This document shows positions 38,485 through 48,898 of a DNA stretch of 64,000 nt, piece after piece. Made by a program: the position numbers and the translations under genes. Source of the stretch: Mobula hypostoma (taxonomy: Eukaryota); the NCBI RefSeq assembly GCF_963921235.1, contig NC_086106.1, positions 22,630,001 through 22,694,000 of the forward strand, written 5' to 3'. The notes beneath the pieces are model-generated. The model had not been told where the DNA came from. It did no database searches and was given only the letters and a program-made list of their open reading frames with translations. Numbering within the stretch: position 1 is the stretch's first letter; the number at the start of each line of letters is the position of its first letter.

Positions 38485-39815
38485 ATATTAGCTTTCTAAA
38501 ATCAAAAGACATGATACAGAAGAGGGCAGGTACGTTAAAGTTGCATAAAACATTGCTAGTTAATAATTTGGCGCATTGTGTGCAGCTCTGGTCAACTACA
38601 TACAAGAAAATTGTAAATAAGGTTGCAATAGTGCAGTTATGTTTTAATCAGAATGTTGTCCGGTCTGGCAGACCTGAGTTATAAGGGAAAATTGAATAAG
38701 TTAAGACTTTATTACTCAGAACGTAGACATTTGAGATGAGATATGACAGAGGTATGACATTTGTGAAAGTACATAAAGTAAATAGTGTTACGTACCCCGT
38801 AACTGGGTTGCCAAACCAGCAGAAATGGATCACTCAGTTGGATTCTGGAGTACTAAAACTAAGAAAGTTTTATTAAAGAAACAAGCAACACAGTAATCGA
38901 AAGGATAATAAATGCAACAATTCAACAATGATAACCACACATGTGCACAGAATTAAGATAACAGCATCAATCAAGCTCTATCGTTGTCTAGGGGTAAATG
39001 ACCAATTTCAAAATGACTCAAAGTTCAGTCCAGTTAGTAGTTCCGTTCGCAGTAATCGTTGCCATGGCGATGGACAAGGTGGGGGAAGAGAGACATAGAA
39101 TAGGAACAACTCATCATTCAGCACAGCTTCACTCACAGACCAGCGAGATTGCTCACGAGCAACTTTTGGGCGGGTCCTTGGTGATGTCACCTGAGGTCAC
39201 CGACTGTGACCCCTCCTCCAGATGCGGTCGATCCTCTGCAGTGAACCCGGCACCCAGGCAAGGGCGGACACACACCGGGTTCCCGCTGATCGTACCTTTC
39301 CGCCCTTGTCGTTGTCTTATACTTCTCATCCACTCGTGAGAGGCGCACCGCTTCCAGGGTCTCGTTACCTCGGGTGGCGTGTGTGTCTGTCTTAGCGAAC
39401 CTGTCCCTTTTTATCCCCCTGATGGGGTATCGCCTGTCCATCACTTCAAACAGTTCAGGGTTCAAAGGGGGGAGCCGCTCCAGACAGCTCTCTCTCCCAC
39501 ATCCCTTCATTACACATCTCCAGACGCTGCTCCATTGTTCCTTATCTCTTCTTCCCCTGAGGGCAGGTGGCAGACCAACTGCTGATGCCACTGATGCTAG
39601 CCCAGGCCAGCAAACATCTTAATTTTATGTGTATTCTCGTAACACTCCCCCCCTTTAAGGATTTTTACCAGGAGGTAAAAATTACAAACATGACTACATT
39701 ATTTGATACATACACAATGTACATCTTTATCAGCCATTTGGCTAACACAGCGAGTTTGAAGCTGTCACACCTTGACAGACAGTCATCACATTTTCTGTTC
39801 CTTTTACACGTGTTA

Positions 39816-40300
39816 TTAATAATCCCTTAGACCAGGCTCCAACTCAGCAAACTTCATAGTGGCCAAAAACACTGATGAATTGCGACCAATGTAACCTCTC
39901 ATTTGATTTTGTCCCGGACCACAATAACAAGGGTCGTCCCATTCCGACTCAATTTTCTCTCGCAAGGGCTTAGTAGGAGGGGGACGGGTATTGACCGCAG
40001 AGTTATTGCAAAACTTCCTGCAGTACCCCACCATCTCCAAAAGCCTTCTGAGGGCCCTCTTATCTGTCGGGGTTGGGAGGTCAGCGATAGCCTGCAGTGT
40101 AGCTTGCATCGCTGCCAGCTGCCCCTGTGTCACCACAATTCCCAGGTAGGTGACCCTCGTGTGGCCGAATTCATTTTTTTCAAGGTTCACTATCAAACTG
40201 GCTTCAGACAGCCGTATTAAATTGCCAATACACACCTCTGTGTTCATCAGCCCTTTAGTCACTGAATTACTCGAAAAATATGGGTGTTGTTTACTTGGCT
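39816..40300 (-). pseudogene. Inactive RT remnant of the Gmr1-like element
   Basis: NTEVCIGNL in place of ..YIDDL, then VNLEKNEFGHTRVTYLG..PTPTDKRALRRLLEMVGYCRKFC; RNaseH is missing. Confidence 0.75.
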
Positions 40301-40476
40301 GCCCTATTGTAACCACAATCACCCAACGTCCCAGTTCTTTGCATTTCCTCGGGACAATCAAACACATGGGTGCGAGTCGTTTAATTATTCCTTCGGGGAT
40401 TAAGGGAGAGACCTTATCAGTAGACCTGGCCAAAACAATAGCCTTCTCCCATCTGACCGATCCCATCCTAATCTTT

Positions 40477-41877
40477 TCAAAATGTTTTTTTTTCTCTTAG
40501 CAGGGGGCCCCTAGCTTCATTGATTTCCACGCTAACACCGACTAGGTTTGTTAGCATATCAAAAGCCGGTGACCGTCTCAGTTCGCGTCGGTCATGATCA
40601 ATAACATTTTTCCCCCTGGGCAGCCGGTAAATCTCTTTCATGATTCCACCAACTGTTTCCTCCAGCACCGCAAAATGTCCACCGGGGGGTACCTCGTGGG
40701 CCATGTTAAAAACCTCATCCCCATAACTCTTTTGCACCACCCCCCACTCCTCATCTGCGGATACTGTCCTTGATTTCCCTTTCTTCCTTAGCACTTCCTC
40801 ATCCGCACAATAGCTTGTCAAGGCTGTGTCAGAGAGAGCGGTCTCGGCAAAAACCATCAGCCCCTCGTCTCGCTCCTGCGTCTGCACAAATTCTTTCCTG
40901 GCTACTGCTACGTCCGTCCCAGCTCCCTCACTACCTCTCATCTCACTACACCCTGTCTCATACAAGGTTGGCAGAAATGTTTCAGCCAAATTCACCATCG
41001 CGGGCGGGGCCTCCATGCTGGCAGGCTGACCCGTCAATCTCACGACTGGGAACACGATTCCTCCGGCGATGTCATTACCGAGCAAGACTTCCACGTCTTT
41101 CATCGGTAATTCGGACCTCACCCCGATCGTGGCTAGTCCAGAGACCAGGTTGCTCTGTAAATGTATCTGGTGCAAAGGGACTGACTCTGTCCCTTCCCCA
41201 ACACCTTTGACCTTGACCTCCCCAGTCTCGGTCTCTGAGCTAAACTCTAATACACTCTTCAGTATTAGTGACTGACACGTTCCCGTGTCTCTCCAGATCC
41301 GCACTGGAACTGGTTTTAACCTCTCCTTCACTGACACCAGTCCGGCCGAGATAAACCTCTCGCGCCCTTCCTGGACTTTTTCAGACCTGTCCTTCCCTAG
41401 CGGTTCGCTTAACAGCTCGATACAGCCATTCAAAATTTCCGCTTTTCCTTTCCCCGTCTCCTTCCTTGGGGCAAAGCACCTGGACGCAAAGTGTCCGACT
41501 TTCCCACAATTATAACAGACGACCCCAGGAGACTTCCGACCAGACTGCTCCCGGTCTACCTTATCCATTTCACTAGTCCCCGGCTTACTTTCTGACTTTT
41601 CCGGTGGACTCTCCCCGCCGTCCTGACTACCCTTCTGGTAGCCTTTACTCGGGGCAACCTTCATTTTATGCGTCAACGCATACTCATCCGCTAACTTAGC
41701 AGTTGCGGCTAACGTGGCTGCCTCTTTCTCATCAAGATAGGGTCTCATACCCTCAGGGACACAACCTTTAAACTGCTCAATCAGAATCAGCTGCAGCAGT
41801 CTGTCATAATCCCCCTCTACCCCTTTCGAGGCGCACCAACGCTCACAATATGTTTGCATCTCCCGAGCAAACTCCAA
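40477..41877 (-). CDS. gag-SCAN / CCHC zinc knuckle / aspartic protease / truncated integrase ORF
   Basis: 466 aa: LLQLILIEQFKGCVP..YLDEKEAATL..AKLADEY (SCAN-like); CYNCGKVGHFASRC; WRDTG protease motif; MAHEVPPGGHF (H2C2 remnant). Confidence 0.85.
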   Translation of the reverse strand: MEFAREMQTYCERWCASKGVEGDYDRLLQLILIEQFKGCVPEGMRPYLDEKEAATLAATAKLADEYALTHKMKVAPSKGYQKGSQDGGESPPEKSESKPGTSEMDKVDREQSGRKSPGVVCYNCGKVGHFASRCFAPRKETGKGKAEILNGCIELLSEPLGKDRSEKVQEGRERFISAGLVSVKERLKPVPVRIWRDTGTCQSLILKSVLEFSSETETGEVKVKGVGEGTESVPLHQIHLQSNLVSGLATIGVRSELPMKDVEVLLGNDIAGGIVFPVVRLTGQPASMEAPPAMVNLAETFLPTLYETGCSEMRGSEGAGTDVAVARKEFVQTQERDEGLMVFAETALSDTALTSYCADEEVLRKKGKSRTVSADEEWGVVQKSYGDEVFNMAHEVPPGGHFAVLEETVGGIMKEIYRLPRGKNVIDHDRRELRRSPAFDMLTNLVGVSVEINEARGPLLREKKTF

Positions 41878-42791
41878 ATACGTGCGGTCCCACCGCTCCT
41901 CGCATTCCGGAACCTCTGCCGGTATGCCTCCGGGACCAACTCATAAATCCTGAGGATGGCCTCCTTCACCACCTCATACTTCTGGGCATCTTCCGCGGAT
42001 AAGGCGGAGTAAGCTTCTTGGGCCTTCCCTTTCAGTACACTCTGAAGTAAGACAACCCACTTATCCCTCGGCCATTCCTGACTTATAGCCACCTTTTCGA
42101 AGTGGAGAAAGTACCGATCCACATCGGTATCGTCAAATGGGGGAACCAGCCTAACCTCCTGGGTCGCCCGGAACCCTCCACCTTGGTTCGGCACGAGCCC
42201 CTGCTCGGCCCTTATCTTTAACTTCTCCAGCTCAAATTCCCTTTCCCTCTGTTTCTTCTCTCTCTCCAACTGTCTGTCCCTCTCTCTCTCTTCTCTCTCC
42301 AACTGTCTTTCTCTCTCTTGCCTTTCTACCTCTTTCTCTGTCTCTTGCCTTTCTACCTCTTTCTCTCTCTCTCGCCTTTCTAACTCTTTCTCTCTCTCCT
42401 GCCTTTCTAACTCTCTCTCTTTCTCCCGCCTTTCTAACTCTCTCTCTTTCTCCTGCCTTTCTAACTCTCTCTCTTTCTCCTGCCTTTCTAACTGCTTCTC
42501 TTCGTGTTCTAACTGCCGTACCCGGAACTCGTGCTCGAGTCTCAGTTTTTCAAGCTGTACCTGTACCGCGTCTCCAGCAGGTTTTTCAATAGACACCACC
42601 CCCAGCTCACCTTGGGGAAACACACCTTTATATACATAGTGCTCTACAATAGCTCTGTGTATCTCCTCTCTCCTCATTATCGACTTCACCTTAGCAAGAT
42701 TCACCCGTTTGGCCACAGCTATCAATTCCGATTTCCTGGCATCCTCTAATGCCTCCAAGGTCGGCGCCTTTATAAATTCCTCAACCTCCAT
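41817..42791 (-). CDS. gag N-terminal ORF of the Gmr1-like element (E/R/K coiled-coil repeats, capsid-like region)
   Basis: 324 aa: LERQEKERE repeats, then VRLVPPFDDTDVDRYFLHFEKVA..WPRDKWVVLLQSVLKGKAQEAY..YELVPEAYRQRFRN. It joins the next ORF across an apparent 1-nt deletion near 41900. Confidence 0.85.
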   Translation of the reverse strand: MEVEEFIKAPTLEALEDARKSELIAVAKRVNLAKVKSIMRREEIHRAIVEHYVYKGVFPQGELGVVSIEKPAGDAVQVQLEKLRLEHEFRVRQLEHEEKQLERQEKERELERQEKERELERREKERELERQEREKELERREREKEVERQETEKEVERQERERQLEREERERDRQLEREKKQREREFELEKLKIRAEQGLVPNQGGGFRATQEVRLVPPFDDTDVDRYFLHFEKVAISQEWPRDKWVVLLQSVLKGKAQEAYSALSAEDAQKYEVVKEAILRIYELVPEAYRQRFRNARSGGTARIWSLLGRCKHIVSVGAPRKG

Positions 42792-44159
42792 TTCTGCTGT
42801 TTGTCTTTTCTTTCTTTCGGGAATTTTAACCCAATCAATTTACTCCGTCCCAAATTTAGCGTTCAAAATCGCGGACGAGAACCCCACTTATGTTACGTAC
42901 CCCGTAACTGGGTTGCCAAACCAGCAGAAATGGATCACTCAGTTGGAGTCTGGAGTACTAGAACTAAGAAAGTTTTATTAAAGAAACAAGCAACACAGTA
43001 ATCGAAAGGATAATAAATGCAACAATTCAACAATGATAACCACACATGTGCACAGAATTAAGATAACAGCATCAATCAAGCTCTATCGTTGTCTAGGGGT
43101 AAATGACCAATTTCAAAATGACTCAAAGTTCAGTCCAGTTAGTAGTTCCGTTCGCAGTAATCGTTGCAATGGCGATGGACAAGGTGGGGGAAGAGAGACA
43201 TAGAATAGGAACAACTCATCATTCAGCACAGCTTCACTCACAGACCAGCGAGATTGCTCACGAGCAACTTTTGGGCGGGTCCTTGGTGATGTCACCTGAG
43301 GTCACCGACTGTGACCCCTCCTCCAGATGCGGTCGATCCTCTGCAGTGAACCCGGCACCCAGGCAAGGGCGGACACACACCGGGTTCCCGCTGATCGTAC
43401 CTTTCCGCCCTTGTCGTTGTCTTATACTTCTCATCCACTCGTGAGAGGCGCACCGCTTCCAGGGTCTCGTTACCTCGGGTGGCGTGTGTGTCTGTCTTAG
43501 CGAACCTGTCCCTTTTTATCCCCCTGATGGGGTATCGCCTGTCCATCACTTCAAACAGTTCAGGGTTCAAAGGGGGGAGCCGCTCCAGACAGCTCTCTCT
43601 CCCACATCCCTTCATTACACATCTCCAGACGCTGCTCCATTGTTCCTTATCTCTCCTTCCCCTGAGGGCAGGTGGCAGACCAACTGCTGATGCCACTGAT
43701 GCTAGCCCAGGCCAGCAAACATCTTAATTTTATGTGTATTCTCGTAACAATAGAAACACGCTTATATCTACTGAGCTTGGGTCGGTCTATAAACAGAGAT
43801 CATGCATTTAGAGTGAAAACTCTATGGTTTAATGGGAATATGAGGGGAACATATTCAGTCAGTCGGTCGTGAAAGTGTATGACGACGTGCCAGCAAACAT
43901 GGCGCATGTGAACAGGAGTTCAAAGCGAAGCGAAGTGTGGATAGGTGCATGCAGGGGTAAGGTCACCTGTCAGGGTCGAAGCTACGAGGCAGTTTACTTT
44001 ATACGGTTTATGACTCCACGACCCTCGACCAGGTGTCATTGCACGTATTATATTCCTGGCCACAACACGTATTTCAAAGAGTGAGCTTTATGTCAGAATG
44101 CTGTTTCGACATTTCAATTCGGTATTCAATTTTTTTTTTTTGCCCTGCAGACCTTAGAG

Positions 44160-44870
44160 AGCAGTCTACTGCTGCATGTATACTTTTATACAATTGTGGA
44201 ACAGGGCGTTGGACATCGTAATCAACAAACCACAGATAGACAGGCTGCACATCTGCTACTCCCTCTCCAGCATCTTTAGCACGCGTGCCACTCAGCACCG
44301 TGTACTGACCCCACTGTTGTGCACTCGGTTCACAAATGCCACACGGCCAGTGTTCTGGGTAAGAATATTCACAACTTTGTCGATGTCACTGACGTTCTGG
44401 GGCTCATCACCAAACATCATGAGACGGCCTACATAGAGGAGGTGCTACAGCAAGGAAATCGTAAGACAGCATCTATTTCCTGAGGGGATAACAGAGAGAT
44501 GGATTGTAGACATCAACTCTAACGGCTATCTCCAGATGCACAGTAGAGAATATCTTAACATGCTGCAACAGTGCCTGGCCCGGAAACAGCTGTTGGACGT
44601 ACAGAAAGTCTCCAAAGTGGTTAATCAAAACTTTTGAAAACGTCACCAGCACTGTCCTACACTTCATCAAAGGCATAGATACAGAATTCTGAAGGAAAAC
44701 GGTCAGTAAGATCGTGAAGCAGCCCATCCACCGAGCTAATCGACGGTTTGTCTCACTCCCATCCGGGAGGAGTCCAGATAGCAACCGCACAGGGATCGCC
44801 AGGCTCAAAAATGTTTGACGCTCGCCCAGCTGATTGAGGTTGGGAGAGTGAAGAAGATAAATAGAGAGAG
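44160..44870 (+). mobile_element. Decayed Rex1/Babar-type LINE fragment
   Basis: Remnants of LWNRALD..KPQ..TRATQHRVLTPLL..NFVDVTDVLGLIT and LYFLR..CTVENILTCCNSAW. Confidence 0.7.
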
Positions 44871-44877
44871 AGAGCGT

Positions 44878-44878
<1 letters not shown>

Positions 44879-44914
<36 letters not shown>
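44879..44914. repeat. (CA)18 microsatellite
   Basis: Read directly from the sequence. Confidence 0.95.
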
Positions 44915-44915
<1 letters not shown>

Positions 44916-45168
44916 CCGAATGATTTCGGTTTGAAATTCATGGTTGTTGTAACGTGCTAATATATATTTCAGAGAATAAATTGCACAGCAGATGCCATAG
45001 ATCTCATTGCGTTACTGAACGTGCAGTGTGGTTGCACCATATCCGAACTGCCAATGACGAAGGTGATGGAAACTGCAACATATACTCGTGCTGGCGGGAA
45101 ACCACATCAGGACGCAGATTACATATATATCCAGCTGCAACGATCAAAAATGTATTCCACAGTAAGTG

Positions 45169-45207
45169 AATTTTTGAACGAGGATTTAACTACAATACAT
45201 CACTGTG
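45169..45207 (-). promoter_or_regulatory. V(D)J recombination signal sequence with 23-bp spacer
   Basis: Minus strand CACAGTG (45207-45201, consensus heptamer) + 23 nt atgtattgtagttaaatcctcgt + TCAAAAATT (45177-45169; 6/9 match to ACAAAAACC), directly after ..TGT GCA CTG AGA CG. Confidence 0.92.
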
Positions 45208-45655
45208 CGTCTCAGTGCACAATAATATACTGCAGTGTCGCTCATTTGCAACTTTGAGATGGTGACACTAACGCTTTTTTTCCCCTTATCCAGATGGGAA
45301 TTGAACCGATTTTCGGCAAAATCGGCTTTATATTCATCCTGATCAGAATCTTTTCTCAGTATGTACTCGAGTCTTTGGTATGGCTTTTGTCGGTACCAAT
45401 ATAATGTATAGTCGGTCCATGTGGTATCATAGGTGCATCTGAGAGTCACCGTCTTCTCTTCTGTCATTTCTGCTGCTGAACTCTCCTGAGTGACCGTGTT
45501 TCCATTACTCAGATCTAAAAAATATATATATAAATATATAAAACATTATATTGTCGTCTTTTACAATTCAGGTTTGAGAAGTCTTATGAATTGTCTGCTG
45601 TGAATATACCAGTTAACCAGGCTCCGCACACAATCCAGATAATGAACCTCCGCAT
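45208..45655 (-). CDS. TRDV: T-cell receptor delta/alpha-type variable gene segment (TRDV-like), germline, apparently functional
   Basis: Leader exon 45655-45610 (46 nt, phase-1 GT donor), 95-nt intron ending ttttttag, V exon 45514-45208. Spliced protein: MRRFIIWIVCGAWLTDLSNG-NTVTQESSAAEMTEEKTVTLRCTYDTTWTDYTLYWYRQKPYQRLEYILRKDSDQDEYKADFAENRFNSHLDKGKKSVSVTISKLQMSDTAVYYCALR. Both conserved Cys, WYRQ and DTAVYYC are present with no stops. Delta versus alpha use cannot be settled from the V alone. Confidence 0.92.
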
Positions 45656-45768
45656 TTTTTAAAAACACAAATGATTGGTTGAGTGTTTTTAGCCTGAATA
45701 AATTGTCGCCAGCCTTCAGGATCTTGCGATTCTACCGTTTTAGGGGACGGTGTTTTTGATATAATGGG

Positions 45769-45840
45769 CAGGAAATGAAAAGCGGGCCAATGGGAACAGC
45801 ACCTCAACAGTTGTTCCGCCTATTTCCCCAGATGAGTCAT
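45769..45840. promoter_or_regulatory. Candidate V-promoter motifs: ETS (CAGGAAAT 45769-45776), CCAAT (45787-45791), AP-1/CRE-like ATGAGTCAT (45832-45840)
   Basis: Motifs lie 115-185 nt upstream of the leader ATG; short motifs, function inferred only. Confidence 0.35.
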
Positions 45841-45850
45841 GCTCGATATG

Positions 45851-46668
45851 CAGTGGCATGCAAAAGTTTGGCCACCCCTGCTCAATTTTTCTGTTACTGT
45901 GAATAGCTAAGCGAGTAAAAGATGAACTGATTTTCAAAAGACATACAGTTAAAGATGACTCATTTTTTGTGTTTTAAGCATGTTTTTTTTTATTCCGACT
46001 TTTACAGTTTCAAAATAACAAAAAAAAAAGAAGAAAAGGGCCCGAAGCAATTATTTAGGCACCTTGCATGGTAGTACTTAGTAAAAACTCCTTTGGAAAG
46101 TATCACAGCGTATAAACACTTTTTGTAGCCAACAAGTGTGTTTCAATTCTTGTTTGGGGGATTTTCGCCAATTGATCCTTGCAAAAGGCTTCTAGTTCTG
46201 TGAGATTCGTGGGACGTCTTGCATGCACTGCTCTTTTAAGGCCTATCCACAAATCCTCGATAATGTTTGGGTCAGGGGACTGTGAGGGCCATGGCAAAAT
46301 CTTCAGCTTGCGGCTCTGGAGGTAGTCTATTGTGGATTTTGCGGTGTGTTTAGGATAATTTTCTCGTTGTAGAAGGCATCCTCCTTTCATCTTCGGCTTT
46401 GTTAGAGACGGTATGCTGCTTGCTTCCATAATTAGCTAGTATTTAATTGAATTCATTCTTCCTTCTGCTAGTACATGTCCCCTGTGGCACTGGCTACAAA
46501 AGAAGCCCAAAGTATGATCGATCCACCCCCGTGTTTAACAGTTGGAGTGAGGTTCTTTTCATGAAATTCTGCACACTTTTTTTGGAAATCAGTTCATGCT
46601 TTACTCCCTTAGCTATGCTCAGCCATAGAAATTTTGACCAGGGGTGCCCAAACTTTTGCACGCCACTA
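45851..46668 (-). mobile_element. Internally deleted Tc1 DNA transposon with both TIRs
   Basis: TIRs cagtggcatgcaaaagtttggccacccctg / tagtggcgtgcaaaagtttgggcacccctg (27/30); TA on the right flank; ORF 46103-46429(-) YPKHTAKST..WPSQSPDPNIIEDLW (Tc1 DD34E C-terminus). Confidence 0.9.
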
Positions 46669-46734
46669 TACTCTAAGAAATGGGTTCCCTGTCCTTTCGG
46701 TATGTCACGAACCTCTATTCTTAAAAAAGGTGTC

Positions 46735-46748
46735 TGTGTGTGTGTGTC

Positions 46749-46809
<61 letters not shown>
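46735..46809. repeat. Compound (GT)n-(AG)~30 microsatellite
   Basis: Read directly from the sequence. Confidence 0.95.
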
Positions 46810-46812
<3 letters not shown>

Positions 46813-47479
46813 ACAGGCAGCCGATCTTTGGAATGAGAGGCATCATTATCGTTGTCATTGCGTGACATTTGGACAATAAATAAAACGAACACTGCAGCTC
46901 TTGATTCATCAAAATCTTGGCATGATTAAAAAGTGTAACATACGTGTGAAAAGTAAGAGGCAATGTCTGAGACATTGTACCTCCAAACAACGTGTGGGGA
47001 TGATATACTGGATAGAAGCAGGATCAGAAAGAGAAAGAGATATCAATAGATTGACGGAGAGTAACAGCTCTTGACTGGTACATAATTCTTACACAGCTCA
47101 GCTGCGTCTCATCTGATAATCTAAGCATTGACTTGATCGTGACAGCGATCCCTTGAAGTAAATGTAACGTTCCTGAATACATGTGGACATTTCTCAAATT
47201 CTGTTGTCCCGTACGACTACCGAGAAAGCCTTCTGCTGACCTAGACCAGCAAATCTTAAATCACGTTTGTTTTTGTTTTTTTTTTTTCCGTGACACAATC
47301 TATCTACATGTTGAAGATACCTAAAGAGAACCTCTTATAACTTTCAACAAAACCCCAATAACTGCAAGGGTAATATTCAGACGGAGGTCAATTCTTGACA
47401 CAAATACATTTTTAAGGATTTCATGAAGATACAAACAATGGTAAAATAAATTGGCCACATCAATGAGTAGCTACAGTTC

Positions 47480-48100
47480 AGTATGTTACAGCTATTGTCC
47501 AGTATTATACTATATCATTCTCTCCACTTCTCCGTTTCTATCGCATTCCGCTTTTATTATCTGCGCATCTGTGTCTGTAGCTGTATCTCTAGCTCTATAT
47601 TAGCGCGCGCACGCGCACGGGTATGTGTTCACATTCTGCCTTTCTGTCATTCGCTCTCAATCACCGTGTAACTCTGTAACTCTCACTGTTTATCTCTACG
47701 CCCGTTCTTTCTCGCGGACACGCTCTATCTTTCTACCTCCATATCTCTGCCGTACCCCAGTCATCCATCTCTCCCTGTTTAATTCAGTTTCTGTTAATTG
47801 CCTTTCAATATGGATCTTTTTTCTTTTTTCTCCTTTCTACCCACCCGTCCTCCTCCCTCCCTGCCTCCCCCCCCCCTTGCTCCAAACTTCTCTATTTCTC
47901 CGCCATTGTTATCCTGTCAGTACCTCCCTGTTGGGTATATATATATAATTTCTATAATCTCTTCGTTTCCATTATTTCGTATCCCTCTTTTTCCCTCATG
48001 TCTCCTATTTTTTTATGCTTGTGAGTGTACCTATTGTATTGTCATGTCCTACCCGCTTCATCACGCTCATATCTCTTTGCGTGTGCTTGTCTGACAGTGT
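47480..48100. repeat. Pyrimidine-rich low-complexity tract (decayed CT repeat)
   Basis: Strong C/T bias on the + strand, ctct/tctc runs, no credible ORF. Confidence 0.7.
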
Positions 48101-48583
48101 TTCTACGTGATAAACGCTCACTCCACACATTCTCTCACTGAGACTTTTTTTTGGGGCGCTAGGATATGAAACTGATTCGTTGTCCCTCTAGTACTCGCCA
48201 TCTGTTTTAATTTTTATCTATGCTCGTGTGTTCTTTTTGTCAAAGGAAAAACATGTCTCCTCCCTGTCTTTCATTCCCTTTCTCGCAGTCTATCGACTTG
48301 GACGCAACAATGTCTTCGTTATTAGCACGGCTCAACTATAGTTCGGGTCATTCTGGGGATGATAGCTCAATTCCAGTACTGAGCAGTGACGAGTCTCTGT
48401 ACGTCTTCACCGTGGAATAAGAGGAGACTCCCCGGTTGCCGTGGTTTCTTTAGCTGCGCAAATCCGGGGGAATGTTAATTAGTCAATTTTAATTGGTCCT
48501 TGATTAAGCTAGAGAATATCTCTTTTGACATTGGTTGCAGAGATGGCGTGGTTCGAGCAGCTGTGGGGCCTCCTCCGCGCTGT

Positions 48584-48714
48584 NNNNNNNNNNNNNNNNN
48601 NNNNNNNNNNNNNNNNNNNNNNNNNNNNNNNNNNNNNNNNNNNNNNNNNNNNNNNNNNNNNNNNNNNNNNNNNNNNNNNNNNNNNNNNNNNNNNNNNNNN
48701 NNNNNNNNNNNNNN
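48584..48714. other. Assembly gap (131 N)
   Basis: Run of N. Confidence 0.99.
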
Positions 48715-48898
48715 ATGATTTTTTTTTGGCTATATTTTTATCAACGGCGGACCAGCAAGTTAAAGCAGTTCATCTCCAGATGTGCTTTGCTGGAGCTACC
48801 CTACCCCTTATTTTCTGGATCGTACGGGAAGATGATTTTCTAAATGCATGTGTTTCCATAGAAAATTAAATTGGCAGCAATATCGGGACCTTGTGTAT

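Larger units (their letters stand above)
38786..43749 (-). mobile_element. Young two-LTR Gmr1-like Ty3/Gypsy element with SCAN-type gag, protease and deleted/defective pol
   Basis: 859-bp LTRs 38786-39644 and 42891-43749 (TGTTACG..CGTAACA; 4 differences seen by eye); TSD ATAG; PPT agggggggag (39645-39654); degenerate tRNA-Pro PBS (42868-42886). The integrase remnant precedes the RT remnant. Confidence 0.93.
36833..44040 (+). mobile_element. Decayed CR1 RT/3' end split by two nested LTR insertions
   Basis: CR1 text resumes across both inserts: ..gacgaagtcccgcatggaagg..atttgcggatgacaac..ttttggcatatt[solo LTR]atattagc..aaagtaaatag[Gmr1-like]atagaaac.. Confidence 0.75.

Noticed and set aside
38998-43727. 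Pairs of near-identical ORFs at ~39.0-39.6 kb and ~43.1-43.7 kb
   Set aside because: They are the two LTRs of one element, not duplicated genes.
45208-45655. Possibility that the V is a NAR-TCR supporting V, an IgH-like V or part of a shark-style V-D-D-J cluster
   Set aside because: It has its own leader, no extra Cys and a TCR-type framework; no D/J RSS pairs were seen in the downstream sequence.
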